A stretch of 64,000 nt of DNA. Source: an uncultured Spirochaetota bacterium. GTDB taxonomy: Bacteria; Spirochaetota; UBA4802; UBA5550. The DNA lies in contig CAWHAA010000004.1 in NCBI GenBank assembly GCA_963827275.1, positions 384,001 to 448,000 on the forward strand. The letters run 5' to 3'. Shown piece by piece: positions 20,335 to 30,781 of the stretch (the first letter of the stretch is position 1; every line of letters starts with the position of its first letter). Made by a program: the position numbers and the translations under genes. The notes below the pieces were generated by a model. That model did no database searches. It was not told the DNA's origin and saw nothing but the letters and a program-made list of their open reading frames with translations.

Positions 20335-22315
20335 TCAGGGGTGCGTCGGCAGGGCGTCCCTGGTAACCACCGTTAGCCGTACGTTGCTCATTAATGTTAT
20401 ATTCCATGTCTGTGTGCCTGACAGGTTTTTCCCCGCCCGGTAGTAGATGTTCGATGCCGCCGGCATGGTCCCGATCCGCATCACGTCGTAGATATAGGGG
20501 CCGTAATAGTAGGAGCCGGACTGGTAGGTATACCGGTATTTGTGCATGTCAATGGACCCGAGGGTATACTCAATTGAAGAAGAATCGCTGTAGAACCAGT
20601 AATCAATCAGGTCATCATATAAATCCCTGTTGTACTCGTAATATTGATAATATGAATCCGTGTCATCCTTGTCCGAGAGCAGGGTCGAGGCGGCCCATTT
20701 CCTGAGAACGGAGCCGAATTTACCATTTCCAACAGGTAGTGCGGGGGAGACCTGGCTCAGCGCGTACTCGATCGCGCGGTAGTCGGTATACCCGTTCCAC
20801 ACTACGTTCCTGAAAAATTCAGCGCCGCCGTAGTTCCGCGCCAGGTACGCCCCCAGCGCGTAGTTCAGGGAATAGCTGATGAGCCTGTAGCTTCCGCTGT
20901 ACCAGGCGGTCACGGAATATTCGTTGAAGTAATTGGCGATGGGGAGCCTGCCGTATGTGATGTACCCGCCAGGCACCAGGTCATCCGGGTCGGGGATACA
21001 TGCCGCGCTTTCATAGTCGGCCCCACGGGGCCCGTTCACGCCGAGCTTGTCTCGACACCAGGTCTTCGGTCGCCAGCGAGCACATCTCGTCGATCCAGGT
21101 TTCGGTGCCGCTCGACCCGTCGGTGCGCGACACGGTCTTCTGGTAGAACTGTATCATGTGCTGGAACTCGTGCGCCAGCGTGGAGATGATCTCCGAGGGC
21201 CATCGGTCCGTAATGTCCCAGGTGCCGACATTTGTCGCGAAGAGGACTGCGTCCAGGTAAAACATGATCCGCTCGTTTGAATGGGGGAGGGCCGATGCCT
21301 TGAAGTTGTCCTTGGCCCAGAAATAGCCGAGCACCCCGCCGCTGGTTGAGTTGTCGTTGTCGATATCGAACAGGAGTATCGTGATCTCGTTATCGGGAGT
21401 GATCAGCATGGCGCGGTCCTGTTCTGTAAGGGGCGACGAGAAGGGGACGTCCCCCCATTCCTCTCCGTATATCGCGGTGACCCAGTCGTAGATGTCATTG
21501 GTGAGGCCGTCCTTGAGGAATTTGTCCGCCATTGCATCGACCATGGCCTGGCTCACCAGTTCCTTTTTGGTTCCGGTGCCGGTCCAGCAATTGTCCGCGA
21601 CCCAGATGTTAAGCGTCTTGTTGTTGTCAGCGTCGCCAAAGGAAGATGCAACGGTTACCGTGTCAGCGAAACGGCATGTTGCCTTCACGCTCGTGTATGC
21701 GTCAATTTTGAAGTAACCGGTATCGTTCGTGGCATCGTACAGCGGCTCGATCGAGGGCACCAGGTTGAGGAGCAGTGACACCGGGTTTTTGCTGTTGAGG
21801 GACGCATACGGGTTCCTGTTGAATTCGGTCGCCTCGGGCTTCCCGCGGGTGCCGGACGCGTCGGCGGGGACCGCGTCCGCCTTCGCCGGTGCGCCCGCCG
21901 CGGGGACGAGGCCCTGCTGCACGCTCAGGCCCGGATCGCTCAAAGACGGATACGTTGTGCCGGCGGAGGGGCTGACATTCGTAAAAATAAAATACACGTC
22001 TTTAGGTGCATTCAATATGTCCAGGGAAAGCTCCAGGTTGACGTTGGGAACAGCGCTCTCCTCGGTCAGGGGGTCCAGCACTTCGCCCTTGTTGTCATAC
22101 AGCGTATACTGGGAGGGGTCGAAATGCGCTATGGTATACTCATCACTGCCGTTAATGGCATAGTCGAGTGAGCCGTCAGTGTATACTGGCAGGAGGCTGA
22201 AAAGCAGCGGGTCGCTCTCCTGGGAATCAGCTCCCGATACGCAGCCGGTAATACTACCCGCAGCGAGAAGCATTGATGCGATGATTCCCGTAATGCGAAT
22301 GCTCATTCTATTCAT
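20335..22315 (-). CDS. Peptidase M30 (hyicolysin-like) lipoprotein; frameshift near 21052
   Basis: Lipobox ITGC; ITILLFDID, GGVLGYFWAKD, TLAHEFQHMI zincin motif, WIDEM. Confidence 0.8.
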
Positions 22316-22600
22316 CGATACCTGTGAGAAATTGCTATAGTTTATAAAAAATCAGCGGCCTTTTAATAATACAATATCTTTACGGTCATAGCAAGTTTAA
22401 ATACCGTTACCCATCTATAATAATGTGCATTATTTAAGGAATTAATGACAAAAAATAATATAATATATAAAAATTGTTTTCAATTAAACATAAATCATGG
22501 AATTCAGATGATAAATTCATAAAAAAGCAAATAGAACGGAATTGATTAACAGATTTTAGCTGGACATATTTTTATTGTTTGAGTAAATTTGTTTCATAAA

Positions 22601-22626
22601 AATTACCGTCCATTTGGACGGTAATT
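22601..22626. promoter_or_regulatory. Perfect palindrome, candidate operator
   Basis: AATTACCGTCCA-TT-TGGACGGTAATT (12-bp arms) in the AT-rich divergent intergenic region. Confidence 0.6.
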
Positions 22627-22910
22627 AGATCCATTTAATCTTAAAAAAAAAGTTTTAACTTACGTCTGCTGATAAAACAAGCAGGGGAGGATTGTTTTAC
22701 TTCTCATGTTCCTGTAATAGTCTTCAGGAGTGGTGGTTGTTTCCACTGCTATGAGAAATAAAAAAATTCAGTAATAGTGCGTGCCGGCGGCGCCTGCCGC
22801 GGTACGCAAGCGTGGGCCCATAGGGAAATCTCTTATCTGATTATTTTATTTATAAATGGAGTTTTCCTTACTATATAAAAAAAATGGGAAGAAAAAAAGG
22901 GAGACGAGTC

Positions 22911-25900
22911 ATGTTTAAAAAATTAGCGTTCCTGGTCCTGGTAATTTCCGCGTCTTTAATCATGTCATCATGTTCAGATTCCAAAATGAAAGAGTTTCAG
23001 ACCAATGACGTGGATGCGCCGTTCAACCTGTTTCATCTTTTCGATAACTATCCGTCCCTCAAGGCCGCCTGGGACAGCGTTCCCGGCAGTACGGGAAACG
23101 CCAAGATGGCTGACATGCTCAATGAAGACATTCCCATCGGCGCGGAATTCATGCATATACTTTCCTACCTGATGGACCGGGCGGACGACCCGGGCCTCGG
23201 GCTACTTGGAGATTTGAGAACCACCCTGGGACTGGTGACCAGCACTGACCAGCGCCTGTACGGCCACAGCACTGACAACGCAGGCAACCCCATCGATTCT
23301 TTTTTCGCGACAACTCCGTCTGCTGACCTCATGACAGATTTTTACGCGCTGCTTGACGAGCTCACCAACCAGGTCGGCGGTACCACCCCGAAGATGGGCG
23401 CCAGCGTGATGGCGATCACCAACAAGGTGGCGGGCTACCTGACCACGAAAACCCCGGAGGAGATCGAGGACACCATGGGCGACCTCATGGAGGCCCTGAC
23501 CGAGGACGTGGACCCGGCTGACGGGACCAGGGACTTCGCGGACACCTTCGCCACCCTGATGGACATCGCGGCCCCGATGATGTCCATGGTAGATTTCCCC
23601 ATGTGGATCCACCACGGGGCGACCCCCGGCGCGGACTACCTCGAAACGGTTTATGGCAATATGAACGCGACTGACAGCGTCAATTCCGACCTGGGCAATG
23701 CCGCCAAGGGCGTGAACTACCTCATGTCCGGCCTGTTCGACCTGCTGAACGGCGAGACCATCGACCGCGAATTCATGTACAGCGCCATAGATTCACTGAA
23801 TGCCATCCTGGCGGACCCGACGACCGCCGAGAAGCTCGTATGGAACCTGGTCAACTATTTCACCGTGGGCGGGTACCAGTATGAAAGGGTCGATGCCGTG
23901 GTTTCGCCGACAGCGCTTGTCGATACCGACATCTACAAGACGAACAGCGCGTCTCTGTATTCCGACGCCGACATGACGAAGTCGCTGAAGGAATTCCTCG
24001 CCGCTTCCGGCCCGCTCTTCATGCGGGACGACCGCCGCGGCTCGTTCGCGTGGAAGTCGGACGGCAGCGTCACCTCCACCGACTACCCGCTGACCGGCTT
24101 GCTTGAGAACGTCAAGAAGATATACATCAACTGGGACACGACACAGCTCTCCGAATCGGTCTATGACCTGATACGCTACGACATGTTCGGCCGCGACCGG
24201 AAGAACAATACGAGCGCCTATTCCGCGAGCATCCTTGAGCACCTGCTCTACCTCGGCGCGATCGCCGGGAACATGGGGTGGGCGCATTTAGAGAACGCGA
24301 ACGAGGTCAATCATGACGCGGGTGCCGACTCTTATGAAGGTCAGATGGCGATACACGGCCATGGGGCGTTCTGCGGCAACCTGACCCTGAACGACTCCCT
24401 CTACTCGATCCAGGGAAAGAGAGACGCTATGGCAGCAGCCGGCACCTATGAGCTGGGGTTTGATTCCGGCAATGGCTACAGAAACAGGGGATATAACAGG
24501 ACCTATCGAAGCAGGAAGTTCTTTGTGACGGACGATCGCGCAAACTACACCTTCAATTTTAACGTGAATTACCCTGCCCTGAAGTTCCTGGCTGGCGCGA
24601 GCGTGGGTGACTACGGCGTCGCCGCCGGCGGGAACCCCTCGGGCGGCGGGGGCAATGATTCCAACGAGTACATGCCCTATTCGGCGAACGGCGTCATGAC
24701 CAAGGACCTGTCGTCCTGGACCTTTGCGCATGTCATCCGCGCCTGCTGGGAGGGTGAGGGTCCCTACTACTTTGCTGATCCGGGCGCGCCCACGGAAACG
24801 GTCGACACCAGTACCGGCACCTTCACTGGCACAAAGTACCTGAGGCCGGACGGCCGCGTCTATGCCTACGTTAATGGGGCCAGCTATTACTACCCGGTAG
24901 ATAGCGGCAATGATGCCGTCGATGATACCGATGATGATAACAATGGCGTCCTTGATTTCAACGGACAGCGCTATAACAGGTACAAGGCAACCTGGCATTC
25001 CGACTACTACATGATTGAGACCCAGCATGATGGACCCGACTACTATGTTCCTCTTGACGCCAATGGCGACCTCGAGGCTGATGTCACCACCACCGGTCCC
25101 AAGTACCGCGAGTATACCGAGCTTATTTCAGAGGCAGATGCCGGCCGTGCATGCGCAAGCCAGGAAGAGGCGATCTTCAGGAATTTCCAGTGGGTCATGA
25201 ACGAAAAGAGAATGGCCCTGATAATCCCCCTCTGGCTCGCAGGCGAACCCACCGTTCTAGGTTGCCCGGCCGGCGTGGCACAGGCGGGAATTGAATCTGT
25301 GCTCTATCAGATTATCGAGGGGAATGGGATCACCGGCCTGTCGAACGCGCGGAAATTCCGCGCCAACAGCGTGTGGGCCAAGCAGAATAATGATGCTGAC
25401 CTGTCAAACGTACCGGGCGATTACCGTATAGTTGTGCTGGCAAACCCGATAAGAAGTCAACTCCGGGTTTTCGGCATCTGGTCGAACGATGCGTTGGGTC
25501 TAACCGCTGTCGATGCGGATAAAATTTACGTGGATACCATTGGCCGAGGCACCGCGACACCGGGCGGCGTGTCGCACAATATCTTCGCCCTGTCCCGGTT
25601 CGGGTTCCCGCGGAGCAAGGCGGTGACCCTTGGCACCAATTACACGCATACTCTGCTCGGATCGCGCAACGTGAATAATGCAAGCGAGACGTCTGATTCC
25701 GGTTTCACGACCGCGAACAGCATATGGACCAAGAGGAATTCGCTCCTTCCGCTCTTTATCGCGCTCCTCGCGCCGCTGCATGAAAGGTCCTACTACATCA
25801 GCAGCTCGAACTGCAACAACGCCCTGGCACGGCAGCTCGAAGGGCTCAACCTGCTCCTCAAGCCGATGGTCTATTTCAACTATAACGCCGGGTCCGCGAC

Positions 25901-27235
25901 CGGACATTCAGCGGCGTGGGGCAGAACGGCTGGCTCCCGCGGATCAAGGGGGACGGTAGCTGGAGCGATGAAGAGTACGAAGCGACACATTCGCGCTCCC
26001 TTATGTCAGACTGGGATGTTGACGGGTTTGTTAATTCGGGCTCCGATCCTACCGGTTGGCATGGCGGCTGGACTACGACCAATTTTTATACGCCAGCGAA
26101 CCTGACCACGCTCCTCTCCGCGATGATGGATTCGGACACGAGCTGGAACCGGGCCGACCGGCTCCAGCGCGCGGACGGGCTCCTCGGGAAGATGCTCGAG
26201 TACGACGCGAACACCTCGACGCCGAACGAGCCTGACCGGCCCGCGGTGACGGAAACGCCCCTGAACTGGACGCTGACCGCGAACAGCGAGGCCGCCATCG
26301 CCAGGATGCTGGCGGGCCTGGAGCAGGTCGGCCTGAACATGAAGTTTAACAAGCCGAAGGGGATCGAGATCCTCGAGGACCAGAGCACGGCCGGCGGCAC
26401 GATCACCGCCACCACCAAGCAGATCGACCCGCCGGAGTGGAATTTCCAGAAGCGGGTGCGCATCGACGACGCGTCGAAAGTGATCGACCTTGATCTCGAC
26501 GACCTCCTGACCAAGTTGATCGGCGACGAGGGCGACGACGGCCTGAACAAGTTCCAGGACAATGACGCCAACTACGCGAACGGCGGCACTAACACCGTCG
26601 GGCCGTGGACCTGGACGGAGGAAGACGGGTTTGAAGATACCATTGACGATCTGTATGACCTCTCGACCAAGTTCCTCGCGCAGAACGGGCCGAACGTCAT
26701 ATCCGACCACCTCTTCGATGTCATTGACGTGATGGCGCAGCACCGCCTTACCCAGCCCCAGATCAAGGGGATGCAGTACGTGCTGGGCAAGCTCCTCGCA
26801 TACTACGATGACGCCGGCAATGAGTGGGTACTGCAGGGCGAGGGTTCGTTCAACTTCCTCCTGCACCTCCTGACCGAGGTGCTGCCGAACATCGACAACG
26901 AGATGGGCCTGTACGGCGACGCGAACCACGCCGACGACCTGTATCCGAAAGGACGGACGTACCTGAACCTCATGACCGCCCTCAGGAACTCGACCAAGGA
27001 GGGCGGCTTCGTGCCCTGGATCGTCGATACCGTGGGGATCAGCCCCTACACGGCCGCCGACTTCATGCGCGACCTGGTGCTGTTCCTCGACAGCGACCTG
27101 ATCAACGCGCCGAACACGAAGTTCTACTCGACGATGGCGCGGCTGCTCGGCGATATGGGCGACCAGATCGAGGTGGCGCCGTCGGAAGCGGGCCTGCGTA
27201 TGATCTACGAGTACTATGGCTTCGAAGGTTTTTAA
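22911..27235 (+). CDS. Giant (~1440 aa) hypothetical lipoprotein; frameshift near 25915
   Basis: Lipobox IMSSC after a hydrophobic stretch; ORFs 22884-26105 and 25916-27235 overlap and join; Asp-rich. Confidence 0.75.
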
Positions 27236-27306
27236 CCGGGAGGCGGCCGGTGCTATCCGGCGCTGAAAGGGTGGTGTTTTAGCAAACTACAATGCGCATC
27301 ATATAC

Positions 27307-27330
27307 GGGGCGCGGCGCAGGCCGCGCCTC
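27307..27330. terminator. Hairpin between convergent genes
   Basis: GGGGCGCGGC-GCAG-GCCGCGCCTC followed by TTATTTT. Confidence 0.55.
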
Positions 27331-27349
27331 TTATTTTGCCGCGGCGCGC

Positions 27350-27520
27350 TTATTGGGCGGCGCTGTTTACCGGGCTTGACCAGTCGCACTGCGAGCATTT
27401 ATACCCGTTGTATTTACGCGCGCCGGTGTCCTGCTTTTCGATCCTGGCCAGTACCAGCGATTGGCATGCCGGGCAATGCTTTGCCACCAGCTCAAACTCG
27501 TCCTTATTTTCCTTGCTCAT
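27350..27520 (-). CDS. Small zinc-ribbon protein (56 aa, absent from the ORF track)
   Basis: MSKENKDEFELVAKHCPACQSLVLARIEKQDTGARKYNGYKCSQCDWSSPVNSAAQ; AGGGG RBS; two CxxC pairs. Confidence 0.65.
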   Translation of the reverse strand: MSKENKDEFELVAKHCPACQSLVLARIEKQDTGARKYNGYKCSQCDWSSPVNSAAQ

Positions 27521-27646
27521 GATGTCCCCTATGTGAAATCCCCTGTGATGACCAGTGAATTAGAAATTTACAATATAATTTAACTATCGTCAACCGTGCC
27601 GGTTGGAAAAGTGAATATTTTTATTAAAATGCTGGTTTTTTGCAAT

Positions 27647-27676
27647 AAAAAAGGGAGGGTACATGCCCTCCCTTTT
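27647..27676 (-). terminator. Bidirectional intrinsic terminator
   Basis: AAAAAAGGGAGGG-TACATG-CCCTCCCTTTT. Confidence 0.75.
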
Positions 27677-27753
27677 CTGCGCTCCCGTCTGATGTTCCCC
27701 GGGCCTGTTACTCGTGTGACGGCAGGCGCCGCCGCAGCCCCCGGTGTGAGCGG

Positions 27754-28239
27754 TTATTCGCCCTGGAATACGTTGTTGCTCCAGGCGCCCTTCAGGGTCC
27801 TTCCATCGACATAGTACATGACGCCCTGTCCGTTCCGCTGGTCGTCCTTGAATTCTCCCACGTACTTGTCGCCCGATTTCCATGTGTAGGTGCCCTGGCC
27901 GTTCATCTTCCCGTCTTTGAATTCGCCGTCGTATCTGTCCCCTGAGGCCCAGGTATACACGCCCTTGCCGTTTTTCATGTTGTCTATATAGTAGCCCTGA
28001 TAGATGTCGCCGTTCGCCCAGGTGTAGATACCTTCGCCGTCGCGCTTCCCGGTTTTATACAGGCCAACATATTTATCGCCGGATTTCCAAAGGTATTCAC
28101 CTTCCCCGTTGCGCACCTCGTCTTTTACTTTTCCGACATATTTATCGCCCGAGGGATAATTTACCGTGGTCTTGCAGCCGGCGGCGACAAACGCCACAGC
28201 GGTGATGATAACAAACAACAGTGCTATTTTTGTTTTCAT
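27754..28239 (-). CDS. MORN-repeat lipoprotein
   Basis: Lipobox AAGC; about 5 GDKYVG..K.G...G.G.Y.W repeats. Confidence 0.85.
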   Translation of the reverse strand: MKTKIALLFVIITAVAFVAAGCKTTVNYPSGDKYVGKVKDEVRNGEGEYLWKSGDKYVGLYKTGKRDGEGIYTWANGDIYQGYYIDNMKNGKGVYTWASGDRYDGEFKDGKMNGQGTYTWKSGDKYVGEFKDDQRNGQGVMYYVDGRTLKGAWSNNVFQGE

Positions 28240-28513
28240 TATGACACTCCTTTTGTGATTTAATACTGTAAACATGCTATTGAAGATGCATCGGTGAACG
28301 CAATCCCGCCTGCGGGCCCCGCGCTCAATGATACACGTAACGATACGTTATTATATCTATTGCATACTTACCATCCCGTTTGTTATATGTCAATGATATA
28401 AATTTAATTCCGGGACTGTTTCTTGCTACCTGAAAATTATATCGAATGTTTAAGAAAAAAAGTTATTGGTATAATTGATAAATCTGCTTATATTCATTTC
28501 TGTGGGAGATAAA

Positions 28514-29152
28514 ATGAGTAATAATGGAAATAATTTATTATGTCTGATTGCTTCTCTATCCATCCTGTTTGTACTTTCCCCGTTATATGCAGAAACTGCA
28601 TTTGAGCCTATTGACGTCAAGGTCGGAGCGCGTCCCCTGTATGGACTGGTGTTCGGCGAATATGGCCGCCACTATCGCCACGCGCCCGGGGGGCTTATTT
28701 ACGCACGGGGATTATACGGGCTCAATGTATCCGGCAGGCTAAAGATCTACCCGGAGTTTGCCTGGGGGGTTCTCTATCTTGGTCATAAATCCGAGCACGG
28801 AAGAAGTCTTTTTCTCTTTCCCTTTTCGCTCAACTTCTATTTTGATGCGCCCGTGCTTAATTTTAACACCGTCGCAGGGACGTTTACCCTCACGCCGTAT
28901 ATCGGACTGGGCGTGTACCTGAACCATTACCGGAGCCGGCGGACCACATCGACCGGGGGCGATTTTGGATACCAGGCGGGCATACAGCTGGCATATCGGC
29001 ATATCAAGATGAGAAACTGCCATGTTGAGGTCAGCGTGGACCATATGTTTACAACAAATTTCAAACGCCACCTGCCGGTGCTGGCCTTCAGCGCCGGCGC
29101 CGGGTATGCGTTTGAATACCGAGGCGTTTCCCCCGCTCAATCGAGCGAATAA
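28514..29152 (+). CDS. Putative outer-membrane beta-barrel protein
   Basis: Signal peptide; alternating aromatic strands (PYIGLGV, GYQAG, AGAGYAF). Confidence 0.55.
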   Translation: MSNNGNNLLCLIASLSILFVLSPLYAETAFEPIDVKVGARPLYGLVFGEYGRHYRHAPGGLIYARGLYGLNVSGRLKIYPEFAWGVLYLGHKSEHGRSLFLFPFSLNFYFDAPVLNFNTVAGTFTLTPYIGLGVYLNHYRSRRTTSTGGDFGYQAGIQLAYRHIKMRNCHVEVSVDHMFTTNFKRHLPVLAFSAGAGYAFEYRGVSPAQSSE

Positions 29153-29179
29153 ACGCCTTCCCCCTGAAGAGGTGATAAT

Positions 29180-30586
29180 ATGCGGATCCGTTACATGAAA
29201 AAATTACTATGCTTCGCCTGCGGCTGTCTTGTCTGCGCCTTCTCTTTCGATGGGTGCAAGGATGATCCGCTGACGCGTGCAATCGGCGACGATGAAATCC
29301 CGGCGTATATATATCTGCTGTTTTACCCGCCTTCGGGCCCCGGGATTTTGAACATCCAACCTGCCGACGGTTCTTCGGATATTCCGGTTTCATCAAATAT
29401 AACAGTAACATTCAATACGGTCATGAACCCGGCCACGGTAACGATTCAGCCTGCAAATGGCCCCTGCGCGGGAAGCGTGCAGATAAGTTTTAATGACTTC
29501 GCCACCTGTATCGGCGGCACTATCGGCACAATAGACAATACCGCTTTCGCAATTGACCCGGCGGCCGATCTGTATTCCTGTGAATCTTTCAAGGTGCGTA
29601 TCACCACCGCAGCGCAGACCGCAGCAGGCGCTCCGCTCGGGGCAGACTACACCCAGCCGAACGGCTTCGGCACCTATGGCGATACAACAGCGGACTGGAC
29701 CGAAGACGCGGGGAACCCGATGATCCTTGGCGGCAACACTGACGGTGTCGACAAGGCGTATTATCCTTTTGTGCTGAAGGCTGGCGCCCTGTATCATATA
29801 TGGTATGGCGACGGCATCAACACCCGCCACGCATCCAGCCACTACCATGACTTCAATGACGTGACGTTCCCCGCGCCGGTAGTCACCGGTCTCGCGGCCA
29901 CCGGACCGTACCATCCACGGGTATTATACAATGCGTCCGGATGGGACATCGGCACGCCTTCGGCGCATTACGCGGGGCCCTTCCTCATGTATTATACTGA
30001 TGGCGCTGCCTGGACAAATTCGCCCCGCGCGGCCCATTCAGCCGACGGTAGCTCATGGACCGACATCGGCGCGTGCACAGGGATCAATTTATATGGCGGC
30101 AACACGACCGTGTACAATCTCGCTGTCCTGCATGAAGGGGGCACGACCTGGAAAGGGTACGCTGATAACGGCCTCGGGCATATCCAGTATTACACTTCGA
30201 ACAATGGCCTGGATTGGACCGGTCAGGCCATGGATATAATGGGCGCCCCCTACCAGACATGGGAGAACAACGGAGCACAGGGAAATATCGCGCCATTTAT
30301 TATAATGAACGGCACTACCTATGTGCTGTATTACAGCAGCGGAGATGCGCGGAATGACAATGCCTTCGGATTCGCCATATCCAGCGACGGGCAGAGTTTT
30401 ACAAAGGCAACGGGTAATCCAATATTTTCCATTTATGACGGCATCGCGTGGCGGGATGTGCGGACGTATACCGCGAGCATAGTTCAGAATAACAGGATGT
30501 GGCTTCTGTACTTTACCGGCAGGACCAATACGCCGTCGACAAGTTATTCAGTCGGTTTTGCCAGGAGATGCGGGTCCATGTATTGA
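29180..30586 (+). CDS. Lipoprotein with Ig-like (Big_5/SbsA) domain and GH43/GH32-like beta-propeller
   Basis: Lipobox-like DGC; PADG..V.....I.VTFN..MN; repeated ..LYYS/AHSADG.SW blades, GNPI. Confidence 0.6.
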   Translation: MRIRYMKKLLCFACGCLVCAFSFDGCKDDPLTRAIGDDEIPAYIYLLFYPPSGPGILNIQPADGSSDIPVSSNITVTFNTVMNPATVTIQPANGPCAGSVQISFNDFATCIGGTIGTIDNTAFAIDPAADLYSCESFKVRITTAAQTAAGAPLGADYTQPNGFGTYGDTTADWTEDAGNPMILGGNTDGVDKAYYPFVLKAGALYHIWYGDGINTRHASSHYHDFNDVTFPAPVVTGLAATGPYHPRVLYNASGWDIGTPSAHYAGPFLMYYTDGAAWTNSPRAAHSADGSSWTDIGACTGINLYGGNTTVYNLAVLHEGGTTWKGYADNGLGHIQYYTSNNGLDWTGQAMDIMGAPYQTWENNGAQGNIAPFIIMNGTTYVLYYSSGDARNDNAFGFAISSDGQSFTKATGNPIFSIYDGIAWRDVRTYTASIVQNNRMWLLYFTGRTNTPSTSYSVGFARRCGSMY

Positions 30587-30593
30587 TTCTGAA

Positions 30594-30634
30594 GGGGGTC
30601 AGAGTAAAACAAAACTGCCGATAGTTATCGGCAG
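30594..30634. repeat. REP-like unit GGGGGTCAGAGTAA + CTGCCGATAGTTATCGGCAG
   Basis: Same two motifs as 18138-18311. Confidence 0.85.
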
Positions 30635-30781
30635 GTCACATCAATTCCCATGAAGTGTTCATAATTCATTATTAAAGAAGAAACAGTAATTGCTTTATTT
30701 CTAAACCGAAAAAATCCCTTTTTGAGCGTACCCGCCAATTAATTGCTTGAAATTATGTCCCTTCATGAAAAACATAGGGGC

